This document shows, in pieces, positions 1-11,339 of a stretch of 64,000 nt of DNA. A model generated the notes under the pieces. The model did not search any database, had not been told where the DNA came from, and worked only from the letters and a program-made list of their open reading frames with translations. Origin of the DNA: Lama glama (Eukaryota); assembly GCA_028534125.1 (NCBI GenBank), contig CM052816.1:40054001-40118000 (forward strand), in the 5' to 3' direction. How positions within the stretch are numbered: position 1 is the first letter of the stretch; every line of letters starts with the position of its first letter. A program made the translations under genes and the position numbers.

Positions 1-1380
1 CCCACATAAGTATATTCAACAGATCTTTGACAAAAGAATAAAGGCAACAAAATTTAGAAAACATAGTTGCTCAACAAATGGTGCAGAAACAACTAGACAC
101 ACACATACGAAAAGAAAAGAAAAAAGAATTTAGACATATACCTTACACTTTCTGCAAAAATTAACTCAAAATAGAAAGGAAACCTAAATGTAAATTGGGA
201 AACTGTAAAAGTACTGGAAGATAACACATGAGAAAATCCATCTGTCCGTGGGTTTGATGATGACTGTTTTAGATACAGCATCAAAGGCATGATCAATAGA
301 GGAAATAATGGATAAGCTGGACTTAATCTAAGTTATAAACTTCTATGAATGTCACTGTCAAGAGACAGAAAACAAGCCATAGACTAGAAGAAATATTTGC
401 AAAAGGCATATATGATTAAGGACTGTTATTTAAAATATACAAAAAGCTCTTAAACCCAGAAAAAAAAATGAACAACCTGATTTTAAAATGGACAAAAGAT
501 CCAAACAGACATCTCACCAAAGAAGATATACAGATGGCAGATAAGCATATCATATGTTGTCAGAGAAATGCAAATTAAAACAACAATGAAATAGCACTAC
601 ACACCTATTAGATGGCCAAAAGCTAAAACGCTGAAAAACAACACTGGTGAGGGTGTGGAGGAACACGAACTCTCATTCTTTGCTGGTGGGATGGAAACAG
701 TACACTTGGTAGTCACTTCGGGTTTCTTACAAAGCTAACCATAATCTTACCATCGATCCTATCAGCAACAGCACTCTTTGGTATTTTCCCAGATGAGTTG
801 AGAACATGTCCACACACAAACACAAAAACCTGCACATGTTCAAAACAGCTTTATGATTGCCAAAACTTGGAAGCAACTAAGATGTCCTTTAGTAGGTATT
901 TGGACAAGTAAACTGTGGTAAAGCCAGATAATGTAATATTGTTCAGCATTAAAAAGAAATGAGCTTTCAATCCACGGAAAAAATCTGGAGGTATCTTTAA
1001 AGCATATTACTGAGTAAAACGAGGCAATATGGAAGGGCTGCATACTGTATTATTCCAACTTTATGACTTCTGGAAAAGGCCAGCCTACAGAAGTAGTAAA
1101 AAGATCACTAGTTTCCTGGAACTGACTGGGCTGCGGGGAATGGATAGCCAGAGCACAGAGGACTTTCAGGGCAGCAAAACTACTCTGTACGATGCTATAA
1201 GGGTGGATATCATTGTACATTTGTCAAAGCCCATAGAATATACAGTACCAAGAGTGAACCCTAATGTAAGCTAAGGACTGTGAGTAACAGTGATGCATCA
1301 ATGTACTTTCATCGACTTTAACAAATGCACCACTCTGGTGTGAGACGTTGATAGTCGGGGAGGCTGTGCATGTTTGGAGG
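1..1380 (+). mobile_element. Old LINE-1 (L1MC-like): end of ORF2 plus 3' UTR, degenerate
   Basis: L1 ORF2 3' motifs (agatctttgacaaa, aaacagacatctcaccaaagaagatatacagatggca, aaatgcaaattaaaacaacaatga) followed by an L1MC-type 3' UTR (gtaccaagagtgaaccctaatgtaa, aaatgcaccactctggtg, ggggaggctgtgcatgt). Confidence 0.85.
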
Positions 1381-1881
1381 TGACCACACATGTGGCTGAG
1401 CCGCTCTGACTCTGTTTGTCAGCTCCATCCTCCCCACTCCCCTTCCCTCATGACTGAACTTTAGTCTTTTCACAAGGAATGCATCCAAGCCAGATGAGTT
1501 CCCTATCAACTTTTATCCTTGCCTTCATCTGATAACGAAAACTGGAAGAATGCCTTTTGCTAATGCAGGTAGTTAATGGTCTTGGGCGTCCAGGGGAGGA
1601 AAAAGCCCTGGTCTCAGTCCCTGTAGAAGTGCTTCTTGCTTCATAGTCAGATTCTATTTTTAGCTTTGGCCCCTTTAAATTCTCCTGTACCACCTGTACC
1701 CATGGGTGGTCAGTGCAGCTATGAATACCCCTGGATCATCTGTGTGCCAGATCCTTACTGCCTGTGTGTAAGTTACCCACAATAAACTTCCTCATTGCAC
1801 TTTTGGAATTGCCTGCTTTGTTTTTCGATCTCAAAGTTCCTTCTCAGTTCGGAGGATATTATTCAATATCTTTGCCTCCCA
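1381..1881 (+). mobile_element. Probable solo ERV LTR inserted into the L1 3' UTR
   Basis: About 500 bp beginning TG and ending CA, with AATAAA at 1781. It interrupts the L1MC 3' UTR, which resumes at about 1882. No clean TSD. Confidence 0.6.
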
Positions 1882-1963
1882 AGTGGATATATTGGAAGTC
1901 TGTACTTTCTACTGAACATTACTATCCACCTAAAACTGCCCTAAAAAATAGTCTATTAAAAAA
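1882..1963 (+). mobile_element. Terminal piece of the L1MC-like 3' UTR
   Basis: gatatattggaagtctgtactttc...cctaaaactgccctaaaaaatagtctattaaaaaa resembles the L1MC 3' terminus. Confidence 0.7.
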
Positions 1964-2959
1964 TGTCATGGGCTATTAAAAATTCCACCATGAGATTGCA
2001 AATGTCTATTCATTTCTTTCCAGCTGAAGTTGAGGGCACAGCCAGCAATTAAAACATGATTTACATTAAGTTAAAGGATAAAGTAGCATTTTAAAACCAG
2101 CTGCCATTACTTGCATTATTTATTCATAGGGTACTGTGTAATTGCAGATTTGTGCTGAATAAAGACAAATGTGTTCTCTTTATTGAAGAACTTACAGTCC
2201 AAAGATAGAATGGAAACTTAGGAACAACTTTAATTTTTCAGGATCATCAAAACAGGCATTCTAATGGAGGAAGTTAAGCCCAAAGGACTCTTCTGTGGAT
2301 AAGACTTTTTACCCAACATCTATATTTACAGTTCTTGTACCTAATAGCATATTGAGAAGAACAAGACTGTCCTCAACTTGGCATTAGTGTTGGCCTGTAT
2401 TGTTTTTTTTTTTTTGACTTCGCAAATTGTTATGGATGCATATTTTATGAATCTAATAATATCAAACAAATGACATTAAATTACACTCTCAACACTGAAT
2501 TGTTCATATATGGAAAGGGGAATCTCTTGAGTTTCACTGAACCATTATCTATCATTCAGAAGTGTTCACCTCAGTATGAAAGGTGCTATGCTTAATGAAT
2601 TCAGAAACAGCAGCTTTATATAATTGGAGAGTTAATTTTTTCTTTTCTTGATATTTAAATTTTCTTATATGTTTCCGTAACTAGTTCTTGGTATGCTTTA
2701 GTTTTGTTGTTTGTGGGTTTGTTTTGTTTGGGCCAGGTGAATTGTTTCCCCAAATTTACCTTAAAGCTTAATACATGAATTAAAACCACTATCCTCTTGA
2801 AGCTTTTCATGGTGCAACTTTCCTATCAGAGAAGACAGTTCGACACTGTGGAGCGTTAGATTATTATGATCACACTGAAGACATGTCCCACTACTCTCGC
2901 TTCCCACTTCCTGTTCCAACAGTATTAAACTACTTCCAAGTTCCCCCCAAAGTTCCAGC

Positions 2960-3352
2960 ATTTTATTCCTCTCTGTGTGTACGTACTTTTTCCTCTGCTT
3001 ACAATGTTCCACCCTCCCTCTGCCTGGCTTCGCCCTTCACTTTGCAAACCTCAGTGTATGTGTGCCCTTTCCCAGGAAGCTCACCTTCCCTGCTGCCAAA
3101 GACAAACATTTTATCTGTTTCCATCCAGTAGCTTACCCAGATACAAGGTATATACTTCAAATGCTGCTGTTTAGCTCATGGTGCCGTACTGCAACTTATT
3201 TTTATTTAGTTATTTTTCACAACCTGTCCCTCTCTGAGTGAGTGATCTTTGTGTCTGGTTAGATGCTGTACTTTATTCATCTCTGTGTTCCCATGGCCTT
3301 ACACATTGTCTGGCCCATAGGTGTTGCTTAAAAAGTGTTGGAAGAATTTAAT
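2960..3352 (+). mobile_element. LINE-2 3' end fragment
   Basis: ttcatctctgtgttcccatggccttacacattgtctggcccataggtgttgcttaaaaagtgttggaagaat resembles the L2 3' terminus. Confidence 0.6.
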
Positions 3353-5063
3353 AAAGTGATGCATATTACTCCACAGCAGCAGCAGCAGCGAGTAGCGTTT
3401 TATTTGAAATCCAGAATATGTTTGTTTACTGCTTAAAAATCAAAAGATAACCTAGAGTAGTTAGCATCCTAACCATGCATTGCTGCCCCTCCACTTCCCG
3501 CCCCCACCCCTCCCCGTGGCATCTCAATATCCTTTTAACTTAAATGAGAAGCTGTTTTATTCTTGCTGTTTCTGCTGGTTGAGAAGTCAGTGTGATAGAG
3601 ATGCATTAATGCAAGCGGGATTTGCCTAGACATCAATAAACGCAAAAGGCTCCCGGCGGGCCACTTGTAGTGTCAATAAAGGTTCATAATTACTTGCTCC
3701 TTTGAGCATTTTAGACCCAACCTCCTATTTGCTCTGTTGTAAATAGGAGACTGAAGACTTGAGAGGTTCTTAACTTTTTAAATCTTAGGGGAAGAATGGC
3801 AAACATTGCCAGGGATCGCAGGTTTTTAACCAAAGGTGTTGGCTGTTAGCTGTGTTATTTTAGGCTGTCAAGGGACTAGAAATTAAGAATACCTGCTTTT
3901 GCCCTCCTCCTTCCATGGAGGATTGGTGGTGAGTCTCACCTTTTCTGGGTTTAGGGAGGTGTAAACCCCAGGTACCAAGAGTGGATGACAGCTGGAGACA
4001 CTGCTCAACCTGAAGGAACAAGGAACTGAACTGAGAGAGGCTCTGGGGGAAGGGATGGAGGCGGAGAGCTTGGAACCTGCTCAGATACATGGGGGAGATC
4101 CTGGCTTCCGGACACTGTCTCACGCGAGGGTACCACGGACCCATCTCCAGCAGCCCCGCGGTAAAAGCCAAACCATGGCGTGGTGTAACCAGAGTAGCAA
4201 GCTTCTCTTTGGGTGAGGGTGGGGACCAAAGACGTGGAGAGGTACTCTGACTAAAGACTTGACCCCAAGAATGGAAAAGTGCCCCTGCCACACAATACAG
4301 TAGAAGTGACAAACAAACAAAACAAACAAAAGACAGTAGAGGGGAGGAGAGGGTGAAAATTAGGCTAAATACACATTATTGAGACTTTCAGAGAACTTGC
4401 TCTTCCGTCTTCCTTTCTTCTTCCGTCCTTCGTGTGTGTGTATGTAGGTGCACTTGCGTTTAAACAGCAGTTTCTGCTTTTCTCATAATCCTGTTTCTCC
4501 ACAGCGAAGTTTAAGTGGGATTGGGTTTTCCTTGACTGCTGCGTGAGGAGTTTCCAAATAGCAATGAATAAGAGTCACATAAATATCCATAAAGTTCCTA
4601 GTGACACCTCTGTCATCACTTGCTTCCTGCAAGATTCTGAGTTGGGGTGGTCATCTAGGACCCTCCCTGAGTGGACGATCTGCTGATCCGCTCATGTGTG
4701 TATCTGTACTTTCCAGATTGAGCTGTGCACGGAATATAAAACGTCCTCCGACTCCTTCCCCCTCCCTCCCCCACGCACTCTGCTAGGAAGGCGTGCGTTT
4801 GTGTGTGCGCGTGTGTATATTTAGCAAAGACACTTGGAAGAACCTACCCCTCTTGCTACCCACCCCGAGCTTTATCCGAGCAGGACATATCTCTGATCTG
4901 TCCCCAGCTGAAGTATCCCTTCCACGCTGATGCGGACAGACTATCTCGGTGCTTCCTTGTACACAGAGGTAACGCTTTGGTGTCCCGGGAGGGCGACCAG
5001 ACTTAATCCTAGTGCGCTGCGCTCTTCACACGATGTGCGAGTACTGGTGCGTGCGTGAGTGTT

Positions 5064-5098
<35 letters not shown>

Positions 5099-5101
5099 AT
5101 G
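5064..5101. repeat. (TG)n microsatellite / alternating purine-pyrimidine tract just upstream of the promoter
   Basis: tgcgtgtgtg...gtgtacatg read directly. Confidence 0.95.
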
Positions 5102-5184
5102 ACTGTGATTTTGTGAGCTTCCTCTCCCGGCACTGTGCAGGCAGCGCCGGCGACGTTACTCTCCAGCAACGCAAGGCAACAGCA

Positions 5185-5266
5185 GCCTCCGCCCCCTCAG
5201 TCCCGTGATTGGCTGGTTTTGCTCATCATTTCCCTGCTAGGAAAAGGGAAGGGCCAGTGACGCCCC
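5185..5266 (+). promoter_or_regulatory. ST8SIA4: TATA-less core promoter: GC box (Sp1/KLF), inverted CCAAT (NF-Y), half-CRE
   Basis: CCGCCC at 5189-5194, ATTGG at 5208-5212 (context GTGATTGGCT) and TGACG at 5258-5262. Consistent with the Sp1/NF-Y-driven rodent PST promoter as I recall it. Confidence 0.75.
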
Positions 5267-5269
5267 CGA

Positions 5270-5594
5270 ACCCAGCTGCAGAAGCGGCCGCCACCTCCAG
5301 TGCACAAGGTGTCTCTTCTGAAAAGAAATCTGAGCCCCAGGGAGGCAGCGCGGAGAGACTAGGGCAGGGCTGGCGGGAACCGCGAGGGAGAGCGCTGGGC
5401 AGCGTTGAGAGACCAGCGGGAGCTCGGCCGCAGAGGACCCTCGAGACCTGCTGCTGAAATCCCAGCCCCACGCTCTCCTCGCGCTTTACAGATTACCCCC
5501 CACGTCCACGCGACTACATCTCCCCAAAACGGAGCCTTCACATGAAGAGAAGGTGAGGGAGCTGGGGCAACCAGGACTTTCCCGGGCACCCAAG
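5270..5594 (+). other. ST8SIA4: Probable 5' UTR of ST8SIA4 exon 1 (TSS approximate)
   Basis: GC/CpG-rich sequence between the core promoter elements (5189-5262) and the ATG at 5595. The 5' boundary is inferred, not observed. Confidence 0.6.
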
Positions 5595-5707
5595 ATGCGC
5601 TCCATTAGGAAGAGGTGGACGATCTGCACGATAAGTCTGCTCCTGATCTTTTATAAGACAAAAGAAATAGCAAGAACTGAGGAGCACCAGGAGACGCAAC
5701 TCATCGG
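5595..5707 (+). CDS. ST8SIA4: ST8SIA4 coding exon 1 (cytoplasmic tail, signal anchor/TM, start of stem; codons 1-38)
   Basis: ccaagATG at 5595 translates to [38 protein letters not shown], the ST8SIA4 N-terminus as I recall it. Ends ATC GG|gtaaat (GT at 5708); 113 nt, phase 2. Not in the ORF track because it is short. Confidence 0.97.
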
Positions 5708-6702
5708 GTAAATGCAAAGCTTCATTTTAGGATATGACAAAAAGTCTACCCGTAAATGAAATGTGAATATAGACTATAGAGTGAGGGGATAGTATGTGTG
5801 TTCGTGTCAGCTTGTGTGTGTGTTCCGTCCCAGGAATTAAATAACAAAGGCTGTTGTTGAGGTGTGTGTGCTTCTCTACGGCGTGCTCCCGGTACGAGTT
5901 CAACTTGCACTGTGCGGTGATAGTGACAGTTGTGTTGGCGCCAGGGCTCGCACGCCAAGGAGAAGTCACCGCAGAAGTGTCAACAAAGAACGGGTGCCCT
6001 TGTCCTTTTCATGACAGGTCAGAACTCATCCGAGATGTCTTTATTCACCATCTGGTTGTCCTGCCTTCTTTCTCTGCCCTATCGCTATCCGGAGATTCTA
6101 GAGAAAGCTGGCTTCCTGAAAGGCTGAAGTTAAAGCCCAGAAAGCAGGAAATGTGTCTCCTCTGTTTCTTTACAATTCTTTGGCATTGGATAGGTCTGTG
6201 TATCTTAATTTTAATTAGAAACTCCAGGACAACCAACGATACTTACTTGCTCTCCGTGGGTAAAATGCATGGGCGTCATGGTTACAGTTTTGGAAACCGG
6301 GTATTGTAGCTTCACACAGACTGTATTTCTGCTTTCTTTAGTTTGTCTAGATGAGTGCAGAATCTTCCTCCACCCAGTAAGTTCTCTAAATATCACACTT
6401 CCTTCCTCCCTCCCCCTGGCCTCTGTGTCTTTGAAGTTTACCCAGGAGGTGGCTGCGACTTTGTGTTGCTTACATAGCTTGGAAGCGTTTTCTGAGGATG
6501 TGAACCTGGTTGTCAACTCTGTTCAAAGTCCTGTTTCGGAAATCCTCCCTCATCTGGAGGCGTCCGTTGTTGCTATCGGAAACTCAGAACTAGCAGAGAT
6601 ATCAGCCTGGTTTTTATTTTCCCTGACATTTATGAAAACGAAGCTAGAACCTTTGCCATTGTGTGTGTTGGGGCGGGAGAGGGGCGCACAGGACCGCTAA
6701 AA

Positions 6703-6745
6703 TGTGCGTGCGCGTACACACACACATACACACACACACACGCAC
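6703..6745. repeat. Alternating purine-pyrimidine / (CA)n tract
   Basis: atgtgcgtgcgcgtacacacacacatacacacacacacacgcaca. Confidence 0.9.
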
Positions 6746-6959
6746 AGAAACTTCATGCACTCCATTTCGTAATATTCCTGCTCCCCCCTAAGTAAAGAGA
6801 ATTTAAGTGAGCAAGACTCCGGCTTATCCTTACAGAATAAATTGTTATTTTGTAGCAAATTAAGAAAGAAGTACAATCTAAAAGGACTGAAAGAATGAAA
6901 AAGCATATAAGGGATGGGTTGGATGATTGTTATGCATCAACAAATCTCTAAATGGTCTA

Positions 6960-8050
6960 TTTTATTCGGGGCGGGGGGGGTGCGATGCCGAACTCTATGA
7001 GGCCGTTAACACACGGAGTGGGTGGGTGGAAAATTCAGCCTAGCTCGATTGTCAGAAAAGAAGGGCTCCGGGCGGGGGTGTGGGCATCCTCTGTAGACCT
7101 GCGCTTTCCAGGCAGACAAAGGGGTCTTCAGGAAGGTGGTGAACCGGCGCCTGGGGGAAAGGCGGAGGCTGGGGCGTGGGGGTCGAGGCTCTTTGTTCCC
7201 TTCCGGTCTGGTGGGCTCCGAAGATAAGCTTGAGTCCAGACAAAGCGGCCAAGCCTCGCCAGGACTCTGAGGTTCGGGCCCTTGGCTCGCAACCTCTGGA
7301 GAGCGAGAGTGGGCGGGACGAGTGAGGCGAGAGGAGGCGCCACACGCTGCCAAGGCGCCTTCTCCCGGCCTCCCTAAACTGCCGGCAGGAAGGAGGAGCG
7401 CACCCCAAGTCCCTCTGGGGGAAACAGACTTGGGATGCCCCCACTTCGCGGGCGACCTTCCTCCTGTGGCCTTTGCTGGACGCGGCCGGGCGTGGACGAA
7501 GAGGAGGCGGGCGCAGGCAGGCAGGGACGCGGCGGTCGGGCTAGCCGCGGGGTTTCTCCCGCACCCTTTTCCGGCTGAGCCGACCTTTCCCAGCTCCTCT
7601 GAGATTGCGCGGGGCGGGCGCAGGAGTTAATGAAGCAGGAGGAGAGGTGCGCACAGGGGCCTCCCCTTGCTCCCCGAGGGCTGGCAGCGTGGGTGGAAGA
7701 ATGAGCGAGGAGACGGGGGAAGTTGTTGCAGGAATCAGGCCCCCTTAAAAATAATAATAATAACTTTTACTGCTCAGTCTCCAACCGGGCTCCTCCTCCC
7801 TAATTAATCGCGTAATTACGGCTGTGCGGGGCGAGGCGGAGAGCCGACTGCCGGCGTCGCGCGTGCCCGTGTCCCTCAGCGCCCGCTCCCGCCGCCGCCG
7901 CCGCCGGCTCTTCCCTGAGACCCTGGAGTGGGCGCCGCCGGGGGCAGCGTGAGGACCGCTAGTGCCCCCTGGGTGCCTTTTCCCTCCTCCCTCGGATGAA
8001 TCGTTCAGAGGAAAAGCTTGTGGTACCAGTTGAAGATTTCGTTTCAACTC
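6960..8050. promoter_or_regulatory. Second, denser CpG island in intron 1
   Basis: Very GC-rich with abundant CpG, several GGGCGG/GGCGGG boxes and a (GCC)n run at about 7890-7905. Confidence 0.85.
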
Positions 8051-8408
8051 CTGACTAGTGCAGCTGGTGGAGGAGTTGACTCATCAAACATTCGTCTTTT
8101 TGACTCTTTCCAAGCCACGTGGAGGGGCTTCTTTTGAGATGAGTAAACTAGAGTGGCCGTTTGGCCCCAAAACCCGGGCCAGTAATCAACAGTGAGGTAA
8201 CCGTTAGTCTCTGACCTTTGGGGGGCACTGCGTGCCTTGAGAGTGGGCAGTAGATTCACTTAAGGGCCTTATGTAGTCCTTGTGTCATAGAACATCCTCC
8301 GAGATTCATATTTAGCTTCCCTGCTACCATTTTTGCCATGTTTATTCGACCTCCCTTCCTTTTAACTGGGGGTCCCAACTAGAGTCAGTGCAAGTGTTCT
8401 TGTTCTAT

Positions 8409-8428
8409 TATATATATATATATATATA
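8409..8428. repeat. (TA)n microsatellite
   Basis: Read directly. Confidence 0.9.
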
Positions 8429-9727
8429 AAAATACTGAGCAGTCATTCCACGTGGAAGGAAAAAGAACAGGAGCACAACTTTCCTACCAACCATCCATGT
8501 TGCCGTATCTCCATAGGAATTCTAGCAGCATGTTTTTTATAAGGAATTATTGGAGAATAAGTCAGGTAACTATTAGATATTTAAAAGTATTCATTTCAGA
8601 GCAAATCTCTTCATTGCCTTATGTTGATTAGTTAATAAAGTTTAACTCAAAGGGCATTGGGGGTTGAAATGGTCTATTTTTGATTGATTTTTTTTCTTAA
8701 TAGTAAAACTGGCACTTGCCTCATAATTGACCTATAGTTTTACTAGCTCTGTGTGCTCTTTGGGTATAATTTGAAATGTGTTAACTTAAGGGTCCTATAG
8801 GTAAAAATATGTGGGTATGCTCATTTAATGAGATAATATATATGAAAGTGTAACACTAACTTTAATACCATATAAACATTTGTTTTGATTATTATTCCTT
8901 AAAATTTGCCACATACTCTTTTCCTTGTTGCCCATGAGACTTTAACTTAATTTTCTTATTATCTAGAAATCTTTATAATTAGACTGTGTGCTTTTGGTTA
9001 TCTCACTAAATGATCACCAGTATTAGTTATGAAACTTTCGGTAGAACTGACAGTGGAGATAAGCATTCATACTTAGAGTGTTAATTATTGTCAGCAAAGT
9101 TAGTTCCAGTTTGTTCCAGGGTAGAACACACTTTTGTAACTCAGGAAACCAGAACCTGCATGTTACTTCATATGTTATATTTGGAATTCTACTAAAAGCC
9201 ATGGACAGTAAGTTAAGGTAGTACATCTCATCTTTATTTTTAGTTGTTTTAACACTTAAGTAATGAAAACACAAAACTGCCTGCTATTAGTGTTCAGGTT
9301 TACTCTGATGCAAGTTCCTTTCATTTAAATGATTTAAATTTTTATATTAAGGAGGAAATTTAACCTAAGGGAACCCATTCATTCCAAAGCCAAGTCAAGA
9401 AGAGTTTACGGTGGGGCTGAATGTAGGGCTTTTGGGGACCACATTCATGAAACCAAAATTAATCATATTTGTTGTGTACTGCAGAATTAATAAATTGTAG
9501 TAATGCTGGCAATTCATACTTCGAAGAGAAAAATATTTGTAAAGACTCATAATTATTGATTAGTTTCTGTCACGGGAATCGCATAAGTAACTAAGTGGAT
9601 TTCTCTTAGCTCCATATAAGCAAGAATACTTTATAGTATATATTGCTTTATGTTGGGTTATTTTTTTTGAGGTGTTGAGTGATTATCCCTTTAGAAGTAC
9701 GTTTTGAGTTTTCCTGTATAGAGCCGT

Positions 9728-9761
9728 ATGCAAGAAATGTTTTCATGCAAGAAATGTTTTC
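9728..9761. repeat. Perfect 17-bp tandem duplication
   Basis: atgcaagaaatgttttc occurs twice in tandem. Confidence 0.95.
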
Positions 9762-11339
9762 GGTGCAGCTGTTTAGCAGTCGTGTGTGATCTGGAATGAG
9801 AAACTAGTAGGGGGTGGTAACATCCTTCATGCCTTGCATTCACAGGAAGGAAAAGCCTTTTCTAAGACCAAATACAAGATCACAAGTGAGAAATCCCTTG
9901 GGACTCATTTAACTTTATACAAAGAAATTTTCTCCAGAGCCTCAAATTGTAGGAAGCCTGGCCTTCTCGCACTGAATTCCATTGACTTCAAGGAGAAGTG
10001 TGACTAGTTGTAGCTATTTTCATTCAGAGTTCTTTCCAGTGATAGAAATCTGAAATTTGACTCTGAAAACAATTCAAAGAGCAGAGTAATATGGTAGCAT
10101 TTCATTAATGTAAAACTGATTTAAAGTTTTAAACCACTTTTTTTTTAATCTTAGAAGTTCTGAAAAGGGTCTGCACATTATAAGTCATTCCACCTTATAG
10201 CAATGTATCTATATCTACCTGTCAGTAAAGCAGTCTTCCACAGATATTTTAAAATGCCAGCTTTCTTCTCATATAAAAGCTTGTTGGTGGTGAAAATAAT
10301 TATTATAGCAGTCTGTGATTAGAAAAAGATGGTATTGATACGCCAGTTATTAGCAAGGTGAAGATTGGGAAGACCCTACACCGAGAAATGATGAGAGTTT
10401 GTGTCCATGCTTCTTGAAGGCACATCTCCTAAAGTGTGATGGTTAACTCTTTATATCCAAATTTTCACCCAGATGTAGTTTTATCATTAGAAATGTAATA
10501 TAAAAATTGACTCTGAGCCACTGAGTAGTAATTGCACCCTATGTTTCCTTGCATCGTAAATGACCTCGATACAATGGCTATTATTAGCCATGTATAGGCA
10601 TGCAAGTGTATCATTTTCATCAGTAGGACATTTAAAAATATTAATTTTTATAGAGTTCTTAATTTCACAGGGAGTAGTTGCATTTGATGTTTTGAGTTGC
10701 TTCAAATTGAAACTACATGTTTAAAAAAGAAGGCAAACCAAAATACCAAACTATAAGCCTCCAGTTACAGAATTCATCTAGCAGCTGTTACATAGGCAAT
10801 GTTTCCATTGATAGTAAGGGAGCACTGCCTACATAATAAACACAGATTTAGACTTTGTGCCTGAACAAATAGCCATGTTACTTTTTAACTATGTTTTTGA
10901 GATTCTAAAAAATTAAAAGGTAGCATGTAAAGAAATACATGCAGATATTGATAGGGCTATACCGTAAATAGGTGGCTTTTTAATTCTCTGAGTCTGGGTT
11001 TACAGCTATAAAGTATAAAGAAATAGTCTATTGAAACAATGCATAAGTTTATCTATAAAGATCCTAATGGCATGAATGCGATCATAAGTATTTGTCACCA
11101 TCATCACCACCACCAGAACCCTGCTATGAGCATGCCGAATGATATACTTGCCTGATACTGTTGATTGGTGAGGGTAGCACAGTTGACTTTTTGATATAAT
11201 AAAAGATACCAGTAATAACGGCTACTGAATGGGTTTCCTCTCCATTACAATATCTCCTCACCACCAGCTATCAGGAAGTGTCTCATTGTTGAGATCTTTT
11301 GAGACCAATGCAGTTTTAGAAATTAGCACTTCACTTGTG

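Larger units (their letters stand above)
4780..6000. promoter_or_regulatory. CpG-rich promoter/exon 1 region
   Basis: CpG density is visibly higher than in the CpG-depleted, AT-rich remainder of the window. Boundaries judged by eye. Confidence 0.75.

Noticed and set aside
3860..4312. 150-aa minus-strand ORF divergent from the promoter
   Set aside because: Non-ATG start, no recognisable domain, and overlapping ORFs in other frames typical of GC-rich non-coding DNA.
4735..4741. TATAAAA upstream of the gene
   Set aside because: About 500 bp from the GC/CCAAT core promoter, with nothing else supporting a TSS there.
5854..8047. Several 100-150 aa ORFs in intron 1 and the CpG island
   Set aside because: Expected from stop-codon scarcity in GC-rich DNA; mostly non-ATG starts and no family similarity.
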